The translations under genes were made by a program, and so were the position numbers. The notes beneath the pieces are model-generated. The model did no database searches, had not been told where the DNA came from, and saw only the letters and a program-made list of their open reading frames with translations. DNA of 64,000 nt from Spironucleus salmonicida (Eukaryota). Below are positions 1-11,859 of this stretch, piece by piece (the stretch's first letter is position 1; every line of letters starts with the position of its first letter). Location of the stretch: NCBI RefSeq assembly GCF_000497125.1, contig NC_090601.1, positions 434,001 through 498,000 on the forward strand, given 5' to 3'.

Positions 1-973
1 TTTATGTAATATTATAGCCTAATATAATAAACAAATAATATTTTATTTATTAATATTTAAAAGAATAAAAATACCTTTAATAGTTATTAATAATATATTC
101 ATTTCTATGTTTATTAAATAAAAATATTGCAGCTGGGAGGATTTGCCATTTAGGGAATACAAAAATAATAGTTTAAATTTTATCTATATTATTGATACAA
201 TTTATTTTTAGATATAAACATATAGTTATGGAAGAAATTAAATTGTTAATAGTAATATATAATTTTGTATGTAGGTTTATAATATATTAACTAATAAATT
301 TTTTTATATGTGTAGACACATATTACTACTATCAAATTACTAATTGATTAATTATTAATATTATATGATCAAATAAGTCAGTTAGTTAATTTAAAATTTC
401 AAAATGCTTGATAAATAGAGGTTTTAATATATTAACATAAGTATGTGCCTAGGAGTTAAAATTAATTAATATATATTTAATTATAAGTATTATAATATGT
501 TGTTATACAATTAAATATCTAAAAATAATACAATAAACTAGTAACTTAATATTCGATATTCATATTCAATAGTATAAAGTGAAATAACCTTAACTAGCAT
601 TTTTACAATTATCTTATTCTACAATAAATTGATAGCTGCATATTAGAAATATAAGACATACTTTAACAAAAGGAATGAAATCATATTATTTTTAAAAATT
701 ATGCTTTAATACTATTTTAATTATTCTCGTATCAAAATATCTTATATAAAGTAATTTCACATAACTATTAATTATATGTAATAAAAAATATAATTAGCAT
801 TTATTGTAATGTTTTTAAAATTATAATATAAATATAATTTAATTATTTAGTTATTATAAAGATTTTTACAGATTGATTTATAATTAATTATAATTATTGA
901 ATGTCAATAGTTATCAATCATTGTGAAGAAAATTAATAATTATCAATATTATATACTAATAATAATATAAATT

Positions 974-3900
974 ATGGCAATAGATTTGCAAATGACTGAA
1001 ACTATTCCATTATTTGATGCTGAAATTGCATCAGACTACAAGTATACAGCTACTGAATTACGTGATATAGTAAAGAATCGTAATAAATCCAAATTTACTG
1101 AAACTTTTTAATCTCAGGAGTAAGTTGGTCATTCTTTACACACGACTGCTTTAGCAGGTATTTCATAAAATACAGTTTAACGTAGAATATAATTATTTGG
1201 CAGAAATCTAGTTGCTCCCCCACCATCAAAGCCATTCTGGTGGCTTTTGCTTCAACCTCTTAAGGATCTCACCATGATGATTTTGTTAGTTTCCGCTATT
1301 ATCTCTATCATATTAACTACCACAGTTGCTGACCCAGCAGAACTAGAGTGGATTGATGGTGTGGCAATTTTGTTTGCTGTTGTCATAGTAACTTTGGTCA
1401 CAGCTTGCAATGATTATTCAAAAGAGAAGCAATTCAGAAAGCTTAATGCGGTTAAGGATGATAAAAAAGTTAAGGTTATAAGATAAAGCCAGTAATGCGA
1501 AATTTCTATTCATGATGTTGTTGTTGGAGATATTATTTTACTTATTACTGGAGATTAGATACCTGCTGATGGACTTTTACTTACCGGATCGGAGATCAGA
1601 GTCGACGAGTCAGGTATGACTGGAGAATCTAATGAAATTAAGAAAACTCCTACTGGTGATTGCTTTATGATAGGTAGTAGCCTTATTACTTCAGGATCAG
1701 GCAGAATGGTTATTACAGGTGTTGGTGAAAACTCTATTTATGGAGATATTCTACTTACTCTTTAAGAAGAAGATACTCAAACTCCTCTTTAAGAAAAATT
1801 AGATATTTTAGCAAAACTTATCGGCTATATTGGAATGGGCTCTGCTGGTTTGACTTTTCTTACTTTAGCTATCAAATTTTTCACTTCACATGATTCAGAA
1901 TTTTTGACAGTTCCTAAAAACTATATTGTATTTGTTGACTATTTAATTTTAGCAATTACTATTATTGTTGTTGCTGTTCCTGAAGGTTTACCCCTTGCAG
2001 TTACAATTTCACTTGCTTATTCTATGAAATAAATGATTGTAGATTAGTGCTTAGTACGTAAATTAGAGGCATGTGAAACTATGGGTGGTGTTTCTAATAT
2101 ATGCTCGGATAAAACTGGAACACTTACACTTAATTAAATGAGAGTAGTGAGAGCTAAATTTGGCAAATAAGAGTTAAGTAAAGGTGATGAGGACTTTGGA
2201 AAAACTGTTCAGAAGACTATTTCTTAAGAAGCATTAAATGCTTATTGTTTGGCTTCATCTATTAATTCTACTGCTGTTATCTAGAAAGAGACCCATGCTA
2301 AAATGAAATCTAAAGAAACCACGGAAAAACTTGTCGTAGTTGGAAATAAAACAGAAGGTGCTCTTATTTTGCTTACGTAAGAAATGGGTGTTAATTATTA
2401 AAATATTCGTGATGCTCTTGTTAAAAACGAAGATGCAGAGGGTGCTGTTGCTTATAAAGTTGATTTCTCATCTGAAAGGAAGAGAATGACATATGTTATT
2501 AAAAATGATGATTTAGCTAGTAAGTCTTCGTTAAATTTCGGTTAAACTAACTTAACTGCATTAACTAAAGGGGCGCCTGACATGCTTTTCCCATTAGTTA
2601 AAAATTATATTTCTGAGAATGGCTCAATTTAATAATTCACTGATGAAGTAAAGTAAAGTTATATAGAAACCATGAAGGTATACGCTCATGCTGCTTTAAG
2701 AACATTTGTTCTTGCTTATAGAACTTTAGATTCTTCTTTTGACTTTTCTTTGCCTCAAAATGTTACTGAAGAGGAATATAAAATTTAATAAGATAAATTA
2801 AACAACAAAATTGAATCTGATTTAACTTTAATATGTCTGGTTGGTATTGAAGATCCTCTTCGTGACGGCGTTAAAGATGCTGTTGCTAGGTGTCATGGTG
2901 CTGGAATTACCGTTCGAATGGTAACAGGTGATAACAGGGATACTGCAGTTGCTATTTCTAAAAATGCTAATATTTTACCATCTGATTACGTTGATTCTGA
3001 AGATTCTAAATTCGTTATTGAAGGTCCAAAATTTAGAGAGTTAACTGATGCTCAAGTTGATTAGTTACTACCTACTTTAGTTTGTATGGCTCGTTCATCT
3101 CCTAAAGATAAATATAGACTTGTTACTCGTTTAAGAAGCAAACGTGAGATTGTTGCAGCTACTGGTGACGGTAGTAATGACGCTCCTCAACTTAAGGCAG
3201 CTGATGTTGGTTTAGCGATGGGTATTGCTGGTACTGAGGTTGCTAAAGAGGCTTCTGACATTATAATTATGGACGATAACTTCTGCTCTATTGTGCGTGC
3301 TGTAGAATGGGGTAGAACTGTTATGTCGAATGTTCGTAAATTTGTTTAGTTCCAACTTTCAGTTAATGTAGTTGCTTTGGTCATTGCATTTTTAGGTGCA
3401 GCTGTTTTAGATGAATCTCCACTTTCTTCAATTTAACTTCTTTATGTTAACCTAATCATGGATTCTCTTGGTTCATTAGCACTTGCTACGGAATTTCCAG
3501 CATCCAACGTTCTTGAAGCTGACCCCGTTTCACGATCTGCGTCATTGTTGGCTCCTGGCATGATCAGAAATGTTTTACTAGTTTCTACTTATCAAATTAT
3601 TGTTATGTTACTTTTCTTGTTCCCTACTCCTGGTAATGCAATAACTTTTGTACCTTAATCTATTATTGATGGTGTTGAATATGGTCTTCCTGGTTATTTA
3701 GAATTAGCTCAGATCTATCGTTATACTGCTATTTATAACTTCTTTATATTTGTTCAAATCTTTAACGAATTTAATTCGCGCAGAATTAATAATGAGTTAA
3801 ATATATTTGCAGGCCTTAAAAAATCGCCAATGTTTTTAATTGTTATCGTTTTTACTATTGTTGTTTAAGTCATGATAATGCTTGTTCCTGGAATGCGTGA

Positions 3901-4183
3901 TATATTTGGTGTTTTTACTTGCGGTAAACATGCAATGAAATAATGCGTTTAATCTGATGTTACTGGAATATCATTAGCTACTTGGGCTATTTCTTTGGGA
4001 TGTGCTGCTTGTATATTTATTATTCATTTTATTGGAAGGAAATTTATTAAGCTAGATCTTGAATTTAAAGTTTCTGAAAAGAAAATCCTGAAAGACTTGT
4101 AAAACGATGAAAAGAGAAGAATTAAGGCTGAAATAAAAGAGTAAGAGAAAGAATAAAAATTAAAGGCTAAAAACTAAGAGTGA
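974..4183 (+). CDS. PMCA: Plasma-membrane Ca2+-transporting P-type ATPase (P2B/PMCA), ~1069 aa
   Basis: Single frame from ATG 974 to TGA 4181-4183 when TAA/TAG=Gln. Motifs [52 protein letters not shown]. Confidence 0.97.
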
Positions 4184-4736
4184 TAATGTTTTTCATTAGA
4201 TGTATTCATTCTGTAAGAGAGAATTAATATAAAATATTTTTTAAAACTTTTAATTGAACAAAGATACAATGTAGCTATTCTAGAAAAATGGTTATTTGTA
4301 AGCTCACACATATAATATAATTATACGTGTATACTACCAAATAAAAGTAAAATTCAAAAAAAGATGAAGATAATCGTAGTTATCTAAAAAATTTGATACT
4401 CAATAGATCTTAGTTAGTAATTATTTAATAAAAGGAAATCTTAAGGCAAGAAATTATAATCAGTTTGAAAATACATCTCGAGCTATATCGTTCTCCAGCG
4501 CTGTCTAGCCAGTTCATTCCCACCGCCAAGGCTTCCGCGTGGGCCCATAGTATGCGCAACCGCTCCCAGAGCTTGCGCACACGCCCTGGACGGCAACGGG
4601 GTCTGGGTACTTCCGCGGTCTCGGGCCAAAGCGAAATGCCGTGTATTATATATGTAACTTAACATTGTACTTTTCAAAATTAAACCGCCGTTCTGACCAC
4701 TATTAAACCCAAAGCGGCGATACCCGTTCCCTCCAA

Positions 4737-5228
4737 ATGCAGTCCGAGTATGCCGGCTCGGCCACCCTGGACCGCCTCCAGAAGCAGGCGCGCGAGCAGA
4801 AGCTGCAGGCTGCCAAGGAGAGCGAGACCTCCCACCGGCAGGCGGTGACGCCGCAGCGCCAGGCCAAGGCCCATCCGGCGCCGAACGCCTACCTGCCCAA
4901 GAAGGCGCCCCTGCCCCAGGTCCGGATCAACCAGGCCCCGCGGCCCAAGTCGGTCTTCGACGTCGCCGATAACCACGTCCCGGGCCCCAACCGCTACGAC
5001 GCCTCCCTGCCGCGGCTGCAGCGCGCCACGAAGTTCCCGAACGCCGACCGCTTCCGCCTGGCCGAGGTGGAGGGGCGGCCCGCGGAGACAGCGAGCACAC
5101 CAAGCTGCATGTGCAGCCGGCCCTGCAGGATCAACGGCTCCGAGCGCCGGCGGCCCGTGAAGGTGACCTACCTGGCGAGCAAGGTGGCGCCGAACACGTA
5201 CCACATAAAGTGGAAGGGCTGGAAGTGA
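4737..5228 (+). CDS. SHIPPO/sperm-tail PG-rich repeat protein (ODF3-like), 163 aa
   Basis: PAPNAY, PGPNRY and APNTY repeats; C-rich leader; ends AAG-TGA. Confidence 0.75.
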   Translation: MQSEYAGSATLDRLQKQAREQKLQAAKESETSHRQAVTPQRQAKAHPAPNAYLPKKAPLPQVRINQAPRPKSVFDVADNHVPGPNRYDASLPRLQRATKFPNADRFRLAEVEGRPAETASTPSCMCSRPCRINGSERRRPVKVTYLASKVAPNTYHIKWKGWK

Positions 5229-5236
5229 GGAAGTCG

Positions 5237-5686
5237 TCACTGAATCTCGAGGCGCACGGCGTTGAAGATGTCCAGGATCATCCCCGTGTCCAGCTCGGTC
5301 TGCTGCGACCCGAGCAGCGCCCACATCAGCCCCTCCAGCTCGCCCCGCGTGAGGTCGATGCCGACGCTCTGGGCCAGCTCCGCGAGCCGGGCGGTGGTGA
5401 TGCGCGGCCGGCCCTCGTCGTTGGAGTTCTGCAGCAGCTCGCGCACGTTGTTGTAGTCCTTGTTCGAGAGCAGCACCGAGAACTCCTGGCAGAAGGCGAA
5501 GAAGTCCAGGAAGTCCATCTCCTCGTTCGGCCGCGACGTGATCGTGTTGAGCATCAGGTGCGGCGGCGGGAAGGCCCGGAAGAAGCGCGCGAAGATGTTC
5601 CGGACCTCCAGCGCGTCCAGGAAGCCGTTGCGGGAGGTGTCCACGAGCTCGAAGAGCCGGACGTACGTGTTGATGGAGGCCTGCAT
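5237..5686 (-). CDS. EF-hand protein (calmodulin/centrin-like, divergent), 149 aa
   Basis: EF loop DTSRNGFLDALE, MDFLDFF segment, calmodulin-like length. Confidence 0.75.
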   Translation of the reverse strand: MQASINTYVRLFELVDTSRNGFLDALEVRNIFARFFRAFPPPHLMLNTITSRPNEEMDFLDFFAFCQEFSVLLSNKDYNNVRELLQNSNDEGRPRITTARLAELAQSVGIDLTRGELEGLMWALLGSQQTELDTGMILDIFNAVRLEIQ

Positions 5687-5725
5687 TTTGCGGACTCTTA
5701 TATACCCAGGGTACAACTGCCCGAA

Positions 5726-6871
5726 ATGGACCCCGACGCCGCCCGCCGCTACCTCGCCAGCTACCCCTTCCTGGGGCTGCTGCTGCTCGACGCCTACCCG
5801 GCGGAGTACCCCGCCGTCATGGCCGCCTTCGACGCGGAGGCCCAGCTTTTCCTCGAGCGCCTGACCCCGGGGCAGGTGTCCCAGCTGCTATTCGGGGAGC
5901 ACGAGGGCGCCGTGCCAGCGCAGCTCCAGCGCTTCATGGACGACTCGGTCCTCCCGCGGCGGACTGCGCTCCCCAGGCACCCCGACCCCAAGGGCGCGCA
6001 GGTCGCCAGCATGGTGGCCGTCGTCCGCGAGCTGCTCCCCGCCGGCGCCTCCGTGCTCGACGCGGGGTGCGGGGTCGGCAAGCTGAGCCAGGCGCTGGAC
6101 GGGCTGGGGTGCTACTCGGTCCTGGGCGTGGACCGGGACGCGGCCCTGGTGGCGAGGGCGAGCGCGCTGGGCCTGCAGCACGCCTCCTTCGCGGTACGGG
6201 CGCTCGGGCCAGCGGGCCTCCCGGCGACCACCGCCCTCATCGCGCTGCACGGCTGCGGGGACTTCGGGGCCGACGTGCTGGACGGCGTGGAGAGCGCGCT
6301 GGTGCTCCAGGTGCCCTGCTGCTACCAGTCCATGCGCCACTTCCCCCGCAGCAGGGCGCTCGGCGGGCTCAGCTTCGAGGACCAGGCGCACCGGCGGGCC
6401 TTCCTGAACCTCGCGTGCGGGAGCTTCGGCATGGACGTGGGGCGGATCCTCGCCAAGCGCCTGCGCCGCGCCGCCATGCAGCCGCTGGTGGACTACTTCC
6501 GCGACCGCCACGGCCTGCAGCCCGGCCAGGCCATCTGCAAGCGGAGCCGGCGCGACGAGATCGGGACCTACCTGGCGGAGCAGGTGGGCGCGCTGAAGCG
6601 GAAGGCCGGGTGCGCGCGCCCCGCCGAGGCCATCGTGCGGGACGTCTACGGCGACTTCGGGGCGTTCTTCCGGCAGTTCTGCGCGGACAACCGCCAGCGG
6701 TACCTGGTGCAGATCTTCCTCAGCGGGGTGTGCGCCCGCACGGTGGAGCTCATCGCGATCACGGACCGGGCTGCACGGCTTCAGGAGCGCGGGTACCGGG
6801 TGCACACGCGGGAGCTGTGCGCGGAGGAGGTGACGCCGCGCAACGTGCTGCTGGTGGGCGAGCGGGAGTGA
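5726..6871 (+). CDS. SAM-dependent methyltransferase, METTL25/RRNAD1-like, 381 aa
   Basis: VLDAGCGVGKLS motif I, LHGCGD, VPCCY and C-terminal TPRN. True start is ATG 5726, not the ORF-track start at 5111. Confidence 0.8.
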   Translation: MDPDAARRYLASYPFLGLLLLDAYPAEYPAVMAAFDAEAQLFLERLTPGQVSQLLFGEHEGAVPAQLQRFMDDSVLPRRTALPRHPDPKGAQVASMVAVVRELLPAGASVLDAGCGVGKLSQALDGLGCYSVLGVDRDAALVARASALGLQHASFAVRALGPAGLPATTALIALHGCGDFGADVLDGVESALVLQVPCCYQSMRHFPRSRALGGLSFEDQAHRRAFLNLACGSFGMDVGRILAKRLRRAAMQPLVDYFRDRHGLQPGQAICKRSRRDEIGTYLAEQVGALKRKAGCARPAEAIVRDVYGDFGAFFRQFCADNRQRYLVQIFLSGVCARTVELIAITDRAARLQERGYRVHTRELCAEEVTPRNVLLVGERE

Positions 6872-6897
6872 GCGGGGTATCGCAGTGGGGGAAAGAA

Positions 6898-7378
6898 TCA
6901 GTCGGGGCAGCTGGCGTCGTCCGAGTCGTGCTCCTCGTCGGCCGCGTTCTGCGTGAGGAGGCAGCCAGGGGCCTCGGGGGCCGGGAGCCCGCGCATGAAG
7001 TCGTCCACATCGCCCGGGACGAACTCCTCCTCCTGCGGCAGGGCCTGGTTGATGGGCAGCTCCACCTCCTGCGGGGCGCCCAGCAGCACCGCCTGGAGCA
7101 CCTGCTCCTCGGTCTGCCTCGCCTCGTCCTTCTGGTCGTCGTAGTGCATGCTGGGAACCGCCTCCGCCTCCCCGCTGCTCTCGACCTCCTCCAGCTCAGG
7201 GGCGTCCGAGACCTCCTCGATCTCCATGATCTGCACGCCGACCCTGCCCTCGAAGAACTCGCGGCTCACGACCTGCACCTCGTTGTCAGCCCAGATGCGG
7301 CCTCTGCCCACACCGCACACGGCGCTGACGCGGCTCACCTTCTCCACGGCGTCGATCTCACCGGTGTCCTTAAAATGT
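6898..7378 (-). pseudogene. 5'-truncated duplicate of the DNAAF1 C-terminal acidic tail
   Basis: Identical to 17492-17972, but the LRR-coding 5' part is absent and an in-frame TGA lies just beyond the repeat edge. Confidence 0.8.
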
Positions 7379-7547
7379 ATAATAATGTTTCATACCAAAG
7401 TTTTTAATTTAAATGTTAACATAGATTTCATTATTAACTAGCGTATTTAATAAGATAAATACATTATCATATTTTATCTAGATATAATTGTAGATTTATC
7501 TTTAGTAAACGACGCACTTATCAAGCAAAAAATGAGTGAATGAAATG

Positions 7548-8216
7548 TCACTACAGTACTTTAACATCATTTTATATTAGCCATGATATGATTTATTAAG
7601 ATGCGCTGCTAGCATGAATTAGCTTGCGGATAAACGGCTGCGCAACGCAAATTACAACTATTTTAATGGCAAACTCTGCATGACAGAGCAGCTTCTTTTC
7701 GTTGATAATGTTAAGATTCTGTTTTATTGCACCTACTAAATTTTCGTAATTACCTAGAACTGGAAACTTAGTGAACTGCTGTACTAGCCGTTACGCGTTT
7801 CGAGTCGGGAAGATAACTCCTGATATCTAATTATGGAATAACGTATCGAGGGTGGAATATAGTGTCTAATACGATTCTATCGTCGAATTCACTAGCATAG
7901 ACCGTATCTTTAGATCTGGGACGAAATGAAAATCCACTGCTCGATTCTAACGCTGCTATTGTGCAAGCGCAATATAGTTTGAAAGTCTGATAAAGTCTAT
8001 ATGTGCGAAGGGTTGAACAGATAATAAAAGGATGTCGGGATTCTGTGTAGTTGTAGTGCCAGTTAGAGTTAGTTCGATGATCGACTCCATATCCATTTTG
8101 GATAACCACAATATAATATTAAATATCATAGTTTCATTAAAATTCGTATATTGCAGGATCACCAGGGGTTGTTTATCTATCTACTAGAGTTGCATGTTAC
8201 ATTTAACAGTTATCAT
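7548..8216 (-). CDS. Hypothetical protein, ~222 aa
   Basis: Open under table 6 from ATG 8216; ends TAG-TGA (AGTGA). Confidence 0.65.
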
Positions 8217-8441
8217 ATATTGTTATAATATATTTCTGAATTCAGCCCACTGTGCTTTCTATCTTGTGTTATATTAGCGAATATTTAAACCAAATCAATG
8301 CAGCCTAATGGATACACTGTTAACATCTAGGTATGGGAGCGTAATTTTCTGGTTGCGTCTCAATTGTAGGAACATAAATTACTACTATTTCTTAATCTAG
8401 TAACCATGCAATAGCCAGAAAAACGTCATTCGTGGGTATTG

Positions 8442-8984
8442 TCATAGAATGCCCTTCCATTTTGGGCTATACAGAGCTGGGCTACGCTCTGTTATTTCGT
8501 ATGATATAAACTTGGCCTTCCGCCGTTCACTTCTGCAGATCCGGATGTCTGCTGGCTGGTATTGGTCTTTGAGTGCCAAGAACTCCGGCTACTCTTTGAT
8601 CTTGCACATCTGGAACCTATCAGATTAACATATCTTGGGGGTCTTGCCAATAGATGGTAGCGAGAGGTTCGTGTACTAGCCTGGCCCTGGTGTAGTGATT
8701 TATTTATCCTCCTTACTTCTGTCATACGCATTGATGTGTTTGCCATTCTATGTGTGATGACGAATATGGTAGGTGTTAGGTGCTGGACTGTCAAAGTTAA
8801 GCTGCGACAGGAATGAGTATGACCGGTCGTCAGGTTGCACACGTGAGGTAAGGTGTGGAGGGAGGGGCTTTTTCTTGACTTCCGGCTTCTGAGGACGGAT
8901 AAGCTCCGCTATCTCCAGGAGCCCCTTTGCCTGAGCTAGGAGTCCAGGAATCTCCTTCCGCTTGATCACTGTTTCCAGCTGCAT
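8442..8984 (-). CDS. Second SHIPPO-repeat protein, 180 aa
   Basis: SPAPNTY, TPGPGQY and SPALY repeats; C-terminal KWKG shared with the 4737 protein. Confidence 0.75.
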
Positions 8985-9092
8985 TTTTGGCAGGATATGG
9001 AATTCATATATAGAGTGTGGGAAAATTCTTCATAGAAACGGAGTGCGTTCAATGACCTGGATCACCCGTCCTATCCTGGTAATAACGTTATC

Positions 9093-9548
9093 TCACATGC
9101 TGGTACTGGTCTCGCTCTCCCGGATCTCACTGCTACTGACCTTACGGCCGTTCTCCTCCACTACACCGCATATGTGCACCACCATCTCCACTAACCCCTT
9201 CTACCGTCTTAGCCGATTCAGCACCTTTGCACCGTCCTCGGTTTCCTTGCTCACAACGAGCTAACACTCTTCAAGCTCTAGCACTGGCCCCACAGGGTCG
9301 TTCAGTTCCACCACAGAAATATCTCCTGTTAATGGGCCCAGCCCATCCAGGAATTCCTACACGTTCTGGCACCGTGCCTCGAAGGGCTGGATAAACTTCG
9401 ACAGCGACTTCTTCTACACGTATGCTTGTGACATCACTCCAACGATGATCCTATCACCGCGTTATGCTACCTCTGCTACCTTCCTTAGTAGGGCATGGTG
9501 ACCTACGTGGAGACGGTCGAAAGTCCCGGCGGCGCAGATTGTTGGCAT
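9093..9548 (-). CDS. PPAT: Phosphopantetheine adenylyltransferase (eukaryote/archaeal-type, monofunctional), 151 aa
   Basis: GTFDRLHVGH (HxGH), DPVGP, VVSKETEDGAKVLN, KVSSSEIR. Missed by the standard-code ORF track. Confidence 0.9.
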
Positions 9549-9587
9549 TTCGAGAGAACTAAAACTATATATAATAATCCAAATCAG

Positions 9588-9848
9588 TCAGTAAGTTACA
9601 GGTTGGGTGCGAGTCTTGCCTCTGAAGCCCCTTGTACTAGGCTGGTACTTTCTGAACAGGTGCTACACATCGTAGTCGAAGCTGACGGCTGCCCGCCTGC
9701 TGTACGGGGAGTCCATCAGGACATAGGGCGTGTAGGTTTCCTCCATCTGGATTCCACGAAACACGTCGTACCTGAATGCATCGTCTATGTTTTTGGGTGT
9801 CTTTGGATCCTATAGCATCTTGAGCTTGGCCGAGCGTGAGAGCATCAT
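9588..9848 (-). CDS. Small hypothetical protein, 86 aa
   Basis: ATG preceded by TATAT and a C-rich tract; open to TGA under table 6. Confidence 0.55.
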
Positions 9849-10092
9849 TTTTAATTTGGGAGAGGTAGAGATATATCAGATACGTATGCACAAAATAACA
9901 TGATTCCTGAAAGAAAACTGTCCGTTGTTTATAATTATACAGCTTCTGTATGTCCAGTTTTTCCTTACCTGTTTCGAATAAACAAAACTGGTACTCAATC
10001 AGCAGCCTCTCCAACATATCTAGGTGGTTGCGGAGGTATAAAATTTTGGGAACGACCCTTTATATATCCTGGCCGTACACCTCACTCCCAAA

Positions 10093-11400
10093 ATGCAGAA
10101 TCCGCTCATCGTCGAGGCCCATGCACAGCTGGGGACAGGAAGCTTCCAGGATGCAGTGAAGCTGGCGCTAAATGCCCTCCAGTACCCAGGGATCACCAGG
10201 GACGAGGAGTTCGCGCTCTATCTCATCATCATCGAGGCCTACACGGCCGCTCGGGAGTACGCGCTCGCGGAGGCCAACGTGCTGCAGGTTCAGCAGGTCC
10301 TCCCAACACATTCCGGGTTGCGGAAGCAGTTCTACCTCGACGCGGCCAGGGTGTTCGTGGCCCTCGACAAGCCGCTGCAGGCTTTGCAGTTCCTCGACGA
10401 CTACCAGTTCGACGGGCTCCCCATGGAATCCGTGTTCTACTCGCTAAGCGCGGCGGCCCAGCTCAGGCTGCGGAACTACCCCGATGCGGCCGTGTCCCTG
10501 CAGAAGTGCGACTCGGTGGAGGCGCAGGCGCAGCTCTTCGCCGTCCAAAACGACGTACCCGGACTCGAGGGCGCGGCCGAGGTGCTGCTGCAGAACGACC
10601 CCAACTTCACCGGCCTGACGCAGATCTGCGCCAACCTCGCGGTGATGTCCGGCGAGTCGCAGAAGGCACTCTACTACGGCCAGAAGTGCCGGGAGTTCGC
10701 CGACATCTGGGGAAACTTCGACGGCGCCGAGCTCCAGCGCCAGGTCCAGTTCGTGGTAGAGGGCGAGTGCGCTGGCCCGGTGGAGGGCATTGTGGGGGCA
10801 TTCGTGCTGGTCAGCCGCCGTGAGTACCTCCAGGCCCTGGAGCACATCCAGACCCTGCGGGGTGGCAGCACCCATGAGAAAGCGCTGCTGGCCCTGTCCG
10901 CCCTCTGCTCTGCCGGGCTGGGGGATGCGCCGGCGATCATGACGAAGCTGGACAAGGTCGGGACGCAGACTTCCTTTGCCATGCACGTGACCGGAGTCTG
11001 CTTCCGCCTGCTCGGGAACTACGGCCGCGCCAAGCGGTGCTTCGCCGACGCCCTTAAGACGGTGCCTCCCCGGAGCCTCTTCCGCGCCGAGGTGCTGACG
11101 AGCCTGGGGGAGGTGAAGTGGGTCACCGACGACCTCCAGGGCGCGGTGCGGGACCTGGTGGCCGCGAAGGCGCTCGTGCTCGCCAACTGCGGCAGGGGTG
11201 GGTTCTACGGCCGGGTGTGCGCGCTGCTGGGCCAGATATACGACGTGCTCTACGTCCAGAGCGGCAACAAGGTGATCCGGGGCGAGGCCGTGCTGGTCGT
11301 GGAGGACGCCATCACGGGGCTGGAGGAGCGTGGCCTCGCGGAGGGGGCGGTGTGCAGGGAGCTGCGCGAGCTGCGGGGCAGAATACGCGCCAGGAGGTGA
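10093..11400 (+). CDS. TPR/alpha-solenoid repeat protein, 435 aa
   Basis: Helical TPR-like patterns such as GVCFRLLGNYGRAKRCFADAL; leader CTCACTCCCAAAATG. Confidence 0.75.
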   Translation: MQNPLIVEAHAQLGTGSFQDAVKLALNALQYPGITRDEEFALYLIIIEAYTAAREYALAEANVLQVQQVLPTHSGLRKQFYLDAARVFVALDKPLQALQFLDDYQFDGLPMESVFYSLSAAAQLRLRNYPDAAVSLQKCDSVEAQAQLFAVQNDVPGLEGAAEVLLQNDPNFTGLTQICANLAVMSGESQKALYYGQKCREFADIWGNFDGAELQRQVQFVVEGECAGPVEGIVGAFVLVSRREYLQALEHIQTLRGGSTHEKALLALSALCSAGLGDAPAIMTKLDKVGTQTSFAMHVTGVCFRLLGNYGRAKRCFADALKTVPPRSLFRAEVLTSLGEVKWVTDDLQGAVRDLVAAKALVLANCGRGGFYGRVCALLGQIYDVLYVQSGNKVIRGEAVLVVEDAITGLEERGLAEGAVCRELRELRGRIRARR

Positions 11401-11412
11401 GAATTGGTTAGG

Positions 11413-11859
11413 TCACTCGGGGTTGAACAGCTGTTTGAACATGACCGCCACGTCGAAGAACTCCACGTCGTCCATGAAGTCCTTGATGTCCTGGCTGGGA
11501 CCGCCGACGATCCTGCCGACCACGAGCTGCGTGAGCCTCTTTTCGAGCTCTGGCATGTTCTTACCGTGGTGCTTGATGAGGCACCTGAAGCTGTCGTCCA
11601 CGCCCATATCGGTGATCCTGTCCTGCCCAGGGTGCCGAGAGATGTAGTCAGTCACGTCAAAGACCACGCCGCCCATCACTATGTGCTGCCTGCCGTTCTG
11701 GTTGAGGTCGGCCGCTGTCATATCCTTGATGCTCATTCCGTTTGTATACTTAGCGAGGAGTTATCGAAGATAATATTGCGGTTTATCGTTACGCGAAGGT
11801 ACCGGAATCTAAACTGGACGCCAAGAAGGGCTCGCCGTTCTAGGAGTATTGGGTAGCAT
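11413..11859 (-). CDS. Cytochrome b5-like heme-binding protein, 148 aa (107 aa if started at 11736)
   Basis: GVVFDVTDYISRHPG with a second His in KHHG; frame extends upstream to ATG 11859 under table 6. Confidence 0.85.

Larger units (their letters stand above)
4482..7378. repeat. Segmental duplication R1, copy A (inverted relative to 17492-20388)
   Basis: Reverse complement of 17492-20388 (paired coordinates sum to 24870); only a few substitutions seen. Confidence 0.97.

Noticed and set aside
974-4183. PMCA as a pseudogene or multi-intron gene
   Set aside because: All fragments share one frame and every interruption is TAA/TAG, several at conserved Gln positions.
5111-7407. Long overlapping ORFs of 305-586 aa in the ORF track (also 17460-19759, 9900-10823, 39233-40348, 55860-57059)
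   Set aside because: Shadow frames of GC-rich genes: antisense or shifted frames lack stops when GC3 is high, and the translations are low-complexity R/G/A/P or V/L/H-rich.
8230-8440. Small ORFs and a GTATG...TAG 39-nt intron-like stretch at 8331-8369
   Set aside because: Competing ~67-aa frames on both strands; removing the stretch is not needed to keep a frame, and no branch motif is present.
9850-10060. ORF or snoRNA between the 9848 gene and the TPR gene
   Set aside because: Frames run into neighbouring genes and I found no convincing paired C/D or H/ACA boxes.
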